Positions 56,497 to 64,000 of a DNA stretch of 64,000 bases are shown in pieces. This DNA is from Myxococcales bacterium (GTDB lineage Bacteria; Myxococcota_A; UBA9042; JABWCM01; BTVJ01): positions 256,001 through 320,000 of the forward strand of contig BTVJ01000001.1 of assembly GCA_045863395.1 (NCBI GenBank). The letters are read 5' to 3'. Both the position numbers and the translations under genes were made by a program. Below the pieces are notes generated by a model. The model worked only from the letters and a program-made list of their open reading frames with translations. It was not told the DNA's origin and ran no database searches. How positions within the stretch are numbered: position 1 is the first letter of the stretch; the number at the start of each line of letters is the position of its first letter.

Positions 56497-58278
56497 ATGA
56501 CGAATGTCGACCTGCCCTTCTTACAACGGCTCCGCCCGGTCATTATTGCGTGGGGGATGGCGGTCCTCTGTGCCGGATGCACGACTCAGTCGGGGCACGC
56601 TGTCGCGCCGGCCCCGCAGGTGACCTCAGTGCTCGGCGCAATGAGCGTGGACCCGAGCTGTGTGGTCGTGATCGAAATCGGCACGAACGCGAAGGATAGC
56701 AAGCTCGGGGCAGCGCTGGCGGCGGGCCGGGACGTCGATGGCGACGGAGTCGCGGACATCGTCGCCGGGGCACCGGGGGCAGAGAGCCTCCACGGCGGAA
56801 TCGCGTTGCTTCTTGGCTGGGGCCCCGACGGAGCCCCGTCGTCGACCTGGCTTGGCGGCGACGAGCTGGACCTCGGATACCCGAGCGGCTATGGACACGG
56901 CGTCGCCCTCGGAGACTTCGATGGGGACGGGTACGCCGACGCGGCCGTGGGGGCGCCGTTTCACTCCGGCGGGGCCAAGAAGGGCTCCCTTGTGGTCCAT
57001 GCCGGAGGCCCGACGGGTCTCTCCGCCACGCCGTCCATGGTGATCAGCGGGGGCGCCATTGGGATTGGAGGCTCGATGGCCGGCGCCGATGTCAATGGAG
57101 ACGGCTTCGACGATCTGGTCGTGTCGGGATCGGGGGACGACCCCATCGCGCACGCTTCGCTCTACCTCGGAGCGGCCGGCGGCCTCAGCGCGAAGCCCTC
57201 ATGGACCTATCTCGGAGGCGCAGTGAACTCCATCCTCGACATCGCGGTGGCTGGGGTGGGCGACGTCAACCACGATGGCTACGACGACGTGGCGGTCGTC
57301 ATGGCACACGGTCGAGCGAAGCTGTTTCTCGGCACGAGCGATGGCCTGGAGGCAGAGCCTGCCTGGGAGGACTCATCGGCAGCCCCCTTCGAGCTGTCTG
57401 TCGCTGCGGCCGGAGATGTGGACGGCGACGGGGTGGCGGATGTGCTGGTCGGCAACCGGCGCTTCGAGGGTCCACCCGGGGAGGGATCAAGAACCACGAA
57501 CGCGGTCGGCCGCGTCGCGCTCTACCGAGGGACCCCAGCGGGCCTCGAGCAGGAGCCTTTCTGGACGTATGTCGGGACCGTGGAAGACGAAGAACTCGGC
57601 ACCTCCGTGGGGGCAGCGGGGGACTTCAACGGGGACGGCTACGGCGACTTCCTCGTCGGGGCCCCGAGGTACGACGTCGACGATCCGGGCCAACCGCAGG
57701 AGGGGCGCGTGCTGCTCTTCCTCGGTGGACCGGACGGACCTGGCACGGCGCCTGCCGTCGTGGTGGAGGGCAACGCCTGGGTGGCCAAACTGGGTGAGAC
57801 GGTCGCCGCGGCGGACGTCGATGGTGACGGACGGAGCGACATCATTGCCGGAGCTCCCGGGGCATTCTTCGGTCGGGGAGCGCTCTACGTGGCGACCGCT
57901 GCCGCCATCGACTCCTGCAACACGAGTGTCGGAGACGGCAACGTGGAGACAGGGGATGGTGAGGGAGCGGACGCCAGCGGGGACTCCGGCGTCATGCCGG
58001 GCGAAGACGCCATCGACGCTTCCATCGACGGCGACGCCACCAACACCCTGGACGGGGACGGCGGAGCGATGGGGCCCCTCGATGCGGTTGTCGCGGAAGA
58101 CTCCGGGCGGGTCCGTGACCACACTCCAGCCGGCGATGACGAGCCACAAAGCTCCGGCGCCGCATCGGGGGGCTGCGGCGGCTGTTCGGCGAGCGGGGCG
58201 ACGGAGCCGGGCTGGCTCTGGCTCGCAGCCCTCCTGCTCCTGCTACGGATGCGTCGTCGCCCCGCACGCTCGGTCTGA
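56497..58278 (+). CDS. FG-GAP (integrin-alpha-like) repeat protein with MYXO-CTERM tail
   Basis: About seven GD.NGDGY.D..VGAP repeats; tail GGCGGCS..WLAALLLLLRMRRR. Confidence 0.9.
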   Translation: MTNVDLPFLQRLRPVIIAWGMAVLCAGCTTQSGHAVAPAPQVTSVLGAMSVDPSCVVVIEIGTNAKDSKLGAALAAGRDVDGDGVADIVAGAPGAESLHGGIALLLGWGPDGAPSSTWLGGDELDLGYPSGYGHGVALGDFDGDGYADAAVGAPFHSGGAKKGSLVVHAGGPTGLSATPSMVISGGAIGIGGSMAGADVNGDGFDDLVVSGSGDDPIAHASLYLGAAGGLSAKPSWTYLGGAVNSILDIAVAGVGDVNHDGYDDVAVVMAHGRAKLFLGTSDGLEAEPAWEDSSAAPFELSVAAAGDVDGDGVADVLVGNRRFEGPPGEGSRTTNAVGRVALYRGTPAGLEQEPFWTYVGTVEDEELGTSVGAAGDFNGDGYGDFLVGAPRYDVDDPGQPQEGRVLLFLGGPDGPGTAPAVVVEGNAWVAKLGETVAAADVDGDGRSDIIAGAPGAFFGRGALYVATAAAIDSCNTSVGDGNVETGDGEGADASGDSGVMPGEDAIDASIDGDATNTLDGDGGAMGPLDAVVAEDSGRVRDHTPAGDDEPQSSGAASGGCGGCSASGATEPGWLWLAALLLLLRMRRRPARSV

Positions 58279-58376
58279 CGGCACGCACCCTTGCCCGGCA
58301 ACCATGCCGGGCGACCAGGGCACCTGCGCCCCGGCCCTCCCCAGCTCGTTCGTCCAGATGCGTTCGCCACACCCTG

Positions 58377-58609
58377 GACGAGCCCACGGGCAACCTGGAC
58401 CCACGCACGGCGGGTGAGGTGCTCGACCAGCTCCTCGCCACCGTCGCGGCCCACGGCACTACGCTCGTGACGGTCACCCACGATGAGGAGGTCGCCGGCC
58501 GCATGCAGCGCCAGATCCGCATCGTGGACGGCCGCATCGCGTAGCGGGCCGACGCCCGAGCCGGCGCCGCCTCGCCCTCCCACCCGGGGTCAGCGCGCCG
58601 CGCGGCCCA
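58377..58609 (+). repeat. 233-bp exact direct repeat, copy 2 (contains ybbA 3' fragment to 58544)
   Basis: Identical to 51095-51327. Confidence 0.95.
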
Positions 58610-59312
58610 TGGTGCGGCGCAGGGCCAGGACCTGCTGGAGGTTGGCGAGGACCGTGCGGACGTTACGCACCTTGGACTGGCCGCCCAGGCGCGGGCGCAG
58701 CTCCGTCGGCTCGTTGACCCACCGGTGGCCACCGCGGTCGGCCTTGAGGATCAGCTCCATCAGCACGGTCCAGCCGCGGCCCCCTTGGGTGCGGAGCTCC
58801 ACGGTGTCGAAGAGGGCGCGCCGGAACATCAGCGCACCTTGGAACCGGGGGAAGGTGCCGAACAGCACCCGAAAGAGGAGCCGCTCTGCGGCTGACAGGG
58901 CTTTGGCGAGGAGCGGTGCAGGCCGGTCGGGCAGATAGCCGAGGACCAGGTCCGCCTCGGCCATGCGCGGCAGGAAGCGTTCGATCACGGCGGGGGAGAT
59001 CTCGCCATCGGCGGGCAGGAAGATCACGCACTCACAGCGCGCCTCGCGGAAGCCGGTCTGGTAGACCGCGCCGAGGCCCTGGTTCGGGGCGTGATGGACG
59101 GCGCGAACGCCGAGGAGCTCGCCCGCGAGGCGGTCCGCCAGGGGTCCCGTCCCGTCGGTGCTCCCATCGTCGATGATCACGACCTCCCACGCCGGAGCGC
59201 AGCGCAGAAGGACGGCGCACGCCTCCCGGACGACCGGCTCCAGGCCCGTGACCTCGTTGTAGGCCATGATCAGCGCCGACACGCTGGGCGTCGCCACTTC
59301 GCCGCTCTGCAC
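58590..59312 (-). CDS. glycosyltransferase family 2 (DPM1-like)
   Basis: ALIMAYNE, IDDGSTD, NQGLG and ADGE; GAGGAGG SD before GTG. Confidence 0.88.
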   Translation of the reverse strand: MQSGEVATPSVSALIMAYNEVTGLEPVVREACAVLLRCAPAWEVVIIDDGSTDGTGPLADRLAGELLGVRAVHHAPNQGLGAVYQTGFREARCECVIFLPADGEISPAVIERFLPRMAEADLVLGYLPDRPAPLLAKALSAAERLLFRVLFGTFPRFQGALMFRRALFDTVELRTQGGRGWTVLMELILKADRGGHRWVNEPTELRPRLGGQSKVRNVRTVLANLQQVLALRRTMGRAAR

Positions 59313-59326
59313 GCGGGCCTCCTCGG

Positions 59327-59818
59327 TCAGTGCGTCGCGGCGCGCTCCACCATCGCGCGCGGCAGGAAGAGCAGGCCCGTGGCGTGGACGACGCGCTCGA
59401 TGCGGATCGCCTGCAGCAGGTGCGCGCGCTGGGCGTCCGAGAGGGCAGCGGCCGCGGTGGGGACCTGCGCCGGCTCGTCGCCGCCGGCCTCCATCACGGC
59501 CTCGGCCCAGGCCAGCGCCGCCGCGGCTTCGGCGGGGAGGCCGGCCGCCTCTCCGTGGATCGCCCGCTCCGCGGCCGCCGCGTCGATGCCCGCCATGGGC
59601 GCGAGCTTCGGGAACAGCGCCCGGCACACGGGGCAGCCGAGCAGCTTCGACATGCGCAGGAAGAAGGCGACGCGCGTCGCCGGCTCGACGCGGCCCTCCC
59701 CCACGAAGCCCCCCAGGAACTCGGGGAGCCCCCGCACCGCGCGCGGCCCTTGTGCGGCGGCCTCACGGGCGAGGAAGGAGAGGGTGTAGGGTCCCGGGAG
59801 CTGGTCTGTGTTCGTCAT
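59327..59818 (-). CDS. AhpD/carboxymuconolactone-decarboxylase-like protein
   Basis: LRMSKLLGCPVC..AALAWAEAV pattern; AGGAG SD. Confidence 0.6.
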   Translation of the reverse strand: MTNTDQLPGPYTLSFLAREAAAQGPRAVRGLPEFLGGFVGEGRVEPATRVAFFLRMSKLLGCPVCRALFPKLAPMAGIDAAAAERAIHGEAAGLPAEAAAALAWAEAVMEAGGDEPAQVPTAAAALSDAQRAHLLQAIRIERVVHATGLLFLPRAMVERAATH

Positions 59819-59981
59819 GGTCGGCTCCTGTGCGAGGGGGCGCCCGGCGGGGGCGCCGGGGCGGACTCTACGCCCGCCCGCGGCGCGTAGACAAGTGGTC
59901 GTGATGGCGGGACTTCGGACGTGACGCACCCCCCGGGACGTGATACTTGCTGCCCAGGCATATCCCGCCAAGGAGGCTCTG

Positions 59982-61226
59982 ATGTATGATTTTCTCCTGA
60001 CCGACGAGCAGCGGACGCTCCGCGACGAGGTGCGGGACCTGGTGCGCTGGGTGCCCCGCGACATGGTCGTCGCGATGGACAAGGACGAGATCCGCTTCCC
60101 GCGCGAGTTCCTCCGCGAGGCGGGGCGCCGGAACCTGCTCGGCTGCCGCTACCCGAAGCAGTGGGGCGGCCGGGGCCTCGACTGGCAGGCCGCGTGCGTC
60201 GTGATGGAGGAGGTCGGCACCCTCGGCTACATCTTCGCGTGCACGTTCGGCGTCGGCGCCGAGCTGGTGTGCGACGCCATCATGCGCCACGGCACGGACG
60301 CGCAGCGCGAGCGCTACGTGCGCCCCCTCCTGCGCGGCGAGCTCTTCGCCGCCGAGGCCCTCACCGAGCCCCGCGGCGGGTCTGACTTCTTCGGCGCCAC
60401 GACGACCGCCATCGACCGGGGCGACCACTTCATCCTCAACGGCCAGAAGCGCTTCATCGTCGGCGCCGAGGGGGCAGACACCTTCCTCGTCTACGCGCGC
60501 ACCGACCCGGACGCGAAGCCCCACAAGGGCCTGAGCGCCCTCCTCGTGGACCGGGGCGACGGCGTCTCCGTCGAGTACGTCTACGGCCTGATGGGCTGCC
60601 ACGGCGGCGGCACCGGGCGCGTGGTGTTCAAAGACGTGCGCGTCCCGAAGGAGAACGTCGTCGGCCGCGAGAACGGAGGCGCGGCGGTCTTCGAGACCAT
60701 GATGATCCCCGAGCGCCTCGGTACGGCGGCCATGACCATCGGCCCGGCCCGCGCAGCCCTCGAGGTCGCGGGCACCTACACGACCCGCCGCAAGGCCTTC
60801 GGGCGCCGCATCAACGAGTTCCAGGGCGTGAGCTTCCAGGTGGCCGAGGCGTCGATGCTGCTCGACGCGTCGCGCTCCCTCGTCTACACGACGGCGCGCG
60901 CCGTGGACGCCGGCGAGGACCCGGCCCGCACGCGGCGCTACATCAGCGAGACCAAGAGGTTCGTCACGGAGAGCTGCCAGAAGGTCGTCCACAACGCCAT
61001 GCAGGTCATGGGCGGCATCGGCTACACGGACGTCTACCCGGTGGAGCGCCACCACCGCGACCTGCGCCTCGCCTCCATCTGGACCGGCACCAACGAGGTG
61101 ATGAGCATGATCATCGCCCACGAGTGGTACGCGGAGCACGCGGCGCGCCGCGCCACAGGCCGGGAGCGGGACCTCGAGGCCGACGCCATCCACGCCACCG
61201 ACGTCGCCGAGAAGGTGTACGAGTGA
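59982..61226 (+). CDS. acyl-CoA dehydrogenase
   Basis: ALTEPRGGSD, LNGQKRFI, RKAFG and QVMGGIGY. Confidence 0.95.
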   Translation: MYDFLLTDEQRTLRDEVRDLVRWVPRDMVVAMDKDEIRFPREFLREAGRRNLLGCRYPKQWGGRGLDWQAACVVMEEVGTLGYIFACTFGVGAELVCDAIMRHGTDAQRERYVRPLLRGELFAAEALTEPRGGSDFFGATTTAIDRGDHFILNGQKRFIVGAEGADTFLVYARTDPDAKPHKGLSALLVDRGDGVSVEYVYGLMGCHGGGTGRVVFKDVRVPKENVVGRENGGAAVFETMMIPERLGTAAMTIGPARAALEVAGTYTTRRKAFGRRINEFQGVSFQVAEASMLLDASRSLVYTTARAVDAGEDPARTRRYISETKRFVTESCQKVVHNAMQVMGGIGYTDVYPVERHHRDLRLASIWTGTNEVMSMIIAHEWYAEHAARRATGRERDLEADAIHATDVAEKVYE

Positions 61227-61470
61227 CCCCCTGGTCCACCGCCGGGCCCCGCAGTGGCGGGCGCACCGGCCTCCCCCCACCGACTGGATGAGGCGGTCCG
61301 TGGGGCGCCCCGCGGACGTCGCCCACGACGGGCGCCCGAACCGATCCGGCGGCAGCTCCTGTTGCGCGGGCCCTTCTGCCTGGTGCGGGTCTGTGGGTCG
61401 AGGCGACGTGCTCCTTGCACCACGCAGGGAAGGAGGTCACGCGTCGCTCGCCCGCCAACGAGCGGGGGCC

Positions 61471-62958
61471 TCACGGTGCGCCGCCATGGGCGCCGAGGTC
61501 GGAGCCGTCCTCGGCGGCGCCAAGGGCCGGGCTCCCGGGGAGGAGGCGGAAGTCGTGGGCGGCGGCATCCACGAAGAGGGGGTCCACGCCAGGGAGGTTG
61601 CCCGCGCCGAAGGTGACCGTGATGCCATTGTCGACGGTGGCGCTCTGGACGTCGGACCAGGTCACGGTGACCTCGGCGGGGCAGGATGCGGCCTGACACG
61701 AGGTGCTCAAGTCAGCGCCCTCCGCGTTTCCCCAGAAGATGGCGTTCGTGAAGGTGTGGGAGTCCGGGGCGGCGTTCGCCTGGTCGATCTGGACGCCGGG
61801 GCCCGGGGCGCCGCAGCCCGCGGCAAGGGCGCCGTAGATCGTCACGTGGTCGAAGGTGGAGACGGTGGGGGCGGCCGGGTCGGATCCTGCGTCCAGGTAC
61901 ACGTTGCCGCCGCAGTTGCTGTCGTAGATCTCGTGGGAGGCGATGCAGGTCGCCGCGTCGTCGCAGAAGAAGCCCCCGCCCGCCACCTCGGCGCGGTTTC
62001 CGCGGTAGACGTTCCCGCTCAGCCGGGCCGTCGTGTGCTGGCCCTGCCCGACCATGGCGCCGACGTAGAGGCCGGCGCCCCAGGCGGTCACCGTGTTGTC
62101 CGTGAACAGGTTCCCCGTCACGGTGAGGTCCGCGCAGAAGAGGTAGAGGCCGCCGCCGTGGCTTGTCTGCGGCTCGTCGCCCGCGTTCGCGTCAATCCAG
62201 TTGTCCGCGACGGTGACCTCGTTGCTGGCCGTACCGTCGTCGAGAGCACCTCCACCGCCGCGACCGCAGGAGTTGCCGGCGATGACGTTGCCCCGGATGG
62301 CCCCTGACACGTTGCTCAATGCGAAGCCACCACCGACGAGGCCTGGCGCGCAGTGGTTGCCGTGGATGTGGTTGTTCGTGAGGTCGAAGCGCTGCGACGC
62401 CCAGTGCACGCGAACTACGCCCTGCGCGTACCCAGTGATCTCGAAGCCGTCGATCACCGTGCGCTGGTCTCCGGTGGGGGCCTCGTCCCGGACCTCGAAG
62501 AAGGCGCCTGTGCCGTCGCCCAGCGCCCGCGAGACGTACAGGGCGGAGTCGCGATCCTGGAAGCCCTGGCCTGACCGGAAGCCGCCGGCCAGCGTGAGGG
62601 ACTTCGTGCCTGGGGCGAGCTTCTCCGGGTACGTGCCCTCGGCCACGCAGATGACCGCACCCGAGGGGGCGGCGGTGATCGCAGCGGTGATCGTCGGGTG
62701 GGGGCTCTTGGCGCTGCCGTCCGCGGCACCGGCCTGTGCGGCATCGACATGGAGGGTGCAGGTCGGGATCGCGGTGGCGCGCGCGACGCGGAGGCCGCCG
62801 CGTGGGACGTCTGCGGTGGGCGCCGCGTCGCCTCGGGGCGCGTCGGCCACGGCGTCCGAGGCGCCACTGCCAGCGTCCGCCAGGGCGCCTTCCGCCCCTC
62901 CGTCCGCACAGGCTGCCATCCACCCAAACGCTGCGACCAGGACCACGCGCCAGCACAT
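61471..62958 (-). CDS. right-handed beta-helix lipoprotein (DUF1565-like start)
   Basis: Lipobox MAAC; DGSAKSPHPTITAAI..VAEGTY; GGG/N beta-helix repeats. Confidence 0.8.
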   Translation of the reverse strand: MCWRVVLVAAFGWMAACADGGAEGALADAGSGASDAVADAPRGDAAPTADVPRGGLRVARATAIPTCTLHVDAAQAGAADGSAKSPHPTITAAITAAPSGAVICVAEGTYPEKLAPGTKSLTLAGGFRSGQGFQDRDSALYVSRALGDGTGAFFEVRDEAPTGDQRTVIDGFEITGYAQGVVRVHWASQRFDLTNNHIHGNHCAPGLVGGGFALSNVSGAIRGNVIAGNSCGRGGGGALDDGTASNEVTVADNWIDANAGDEPQTSHGGGLYLFCADLTVTGNLFTDNTVTAWGAGLYVGAMVGQGQHTTARLSGNVYRGNRAEVAGGGFFCDDAATCIASHEIYDSNCGGNVYLDAGSDPAAPTVSTFDHVTIYGALAAGCGAPGPGVQIDQANAAPDSHTFTNAIFWGNAEGADLSTSCQAASCPAEVTVTWSDVQSATVDNGITVTFGAGNLPGVDPLFVDAAAHDFRLLPGSPALGAAEDGSDLGAHGGAP

Positions 62959-63082
62959 CGTGTTCGCTCCTCCGCCCCCTCCCGAGGGCGGCTCTGTGTC
63001 GTGCGCCGCCGCGTCGGCCCTGTGGGCCGCCTCGTGGCTCGCCAGCGCCGCGGGCGCCACCGCCGGCGCCAGCGCACAGGAG

Positions 63083-63553
63083 TCAGAGGAGCCGATCACG
63101 GCGCTCCGCATACCGCTGTTCGTGGGCCAGAAGCCAGCGCTTGACGGGGATTCCCCCACCGAACCCGGTCAGCGAGCCGCCCGCGCCGATGACGCGGTGG
63201 CAGGGGACGAGGATCGGCAGCGGGTTCCTCCCGTTCGCCGCTCCGACCGCGCGAGAGGCGGACGGACGACCGACGGTTGCGGCCAGCTCCGCGTAGGTGC
63301 GCGTCTCGCCGTAGGGGATCCCGCGGAGCGCCTCCCACACGGAGAGCTGGAACGGCGTCCCCTGCGGTGCCAGCGGCAGCGTGAACTCCCGGCGCTCGCC
63401 GCGGAGCCACTCGGAGAGCTCTGCCACGGCCTGGTCGAGCAAGGGCGACGAGTCGTCCCCCTCCCCGGCGCCAAACCAGACATGGACGACGGCGACGTCG
63501 CTCGTGACGATTCGGAGCGGCCCGAATGGGGTCGTGATCGTGCGCTCCTGCAT
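63083..63553 (-). CDS. ogt: methylated-DNA--protein-cysteine methyltransferase
   Basis: GTPFQLSVW, IPYGETRTY, RAVGAANGRNP and PCHRV. Confidence 0.95.
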   Translation of the reverse strand: MQERTITTPFGPLRIVTSDVAVVHVWFGAGEGDDSSPLLDQAVAELSEWLRGERREFTLPLAPQGTPFQLSVWEALRGIPYGETRTYAELAATVGRPSASRAVGAANGRNPLPILVPCHRVIGAGGSLTGFGGGIPVKRWLLAHEQRYAERRDRLL

Positions 63554-63801
63554 CACGGCGTCCCTCCACGGTGTGGTCCACTGGTGGAGCCGTGCGTCCG
63601 CCCGTACCAGGGCATCGTGGGCTTCATGTGCACATGCATACCGCAGGCAGCGGCGCCCGTCTCGCCATTTCTGGACGCGGGGGCAACTTCGATCAGCGCG
63701 GCGCCTCCCGTGTCCGTCGCGCCGTGCTCGGCGCCTGCTTGACGCGCCCCTCGCGACCGGCCACGCTCTGACGCCGGAGTCCTGCACCGGCGGAGCGCCC
63801 C

Positions 63802-64000
63802 TTGCGAGAGCTGCCACGCTTCGACATCGACGGCTACCGCGCGCTGCTCGGCGCGCTGCTCGGCGCCGGCGTGAGCGTCGTGCCCGTGGGGCGCATGCGC
63901 GAGCCGCACGAGCCCCCCGTGCTGTTCCTGCGGCACGACGTAGACTTCTTCCCGGCGCCCGCGCTCGCCTTCGCCGAGGCCGAGGCTGCCCTCGGAGTGC
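63802..64000 (+). CDS. polysaccharide-deacetylase-like protein, 3' truncated by window
   Basis: PRFDIDGYRALL...VLFLRHDVD..ALAFAEAEAALGV; in-frame stop at 63769, so the TTG start is inferred. Confidence 0.6.
   Translation, partial: MRELPRFDIDGYRALLGALLGAGVSVVPVGRMREPHEPPVLFLRHDVDFFPAPALAFAEAEAALGV

Noticed and set aside
55178..58278. Complete DGR in the island
   Set aside because: No reverse transcriptase, template repeat or accessory gene visible in the window

Overview
Very GC-rich bacterial chromosome segment, most likely Myxococcota (several MYXO-CTERM-type sorting tails, many lipoproteins with Asp/Ala-rich linkers). Housekeeping genes: acs 3' end, mnmE, an FKBP PPIase, ftsE-ftsX-envC-parA-parB-cysteine desulfurase, hemE, dinB, thioredoxin, tesA-ybbA, acyl-CoA dehydrogenase and ogt. 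They are interleaved with many surface-protein genes, including a 10.8 kb four-lipoprotein IgGFc/IPT/beta-propeller operon. The most unusual part is 51.1-58.6 kb, a 7282-bp unit bounded by an exact 233-bp direct repeat, with no integrase. It holds a decayed, rearranged copy of the downstream genes, possible IS-end scars, a ychF remnant and a three-gene surface-protein operon. The first gene of that operon is out of frame at a C15 tract just after its start codon (candidate phase variation). It appears to encode a two-in-one polyprotein: secreted domain, internal MYXO-CTERM-like anchor, second signal peptide, HEXXH metalloprotease. Two related long palindromes next to mnmE flank a single gene, and one supplies both a stop and a start codon. 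I recognised no rRNA, tRNA or CRISPR array. All calls come from reading motifs by eye; no searches were run.
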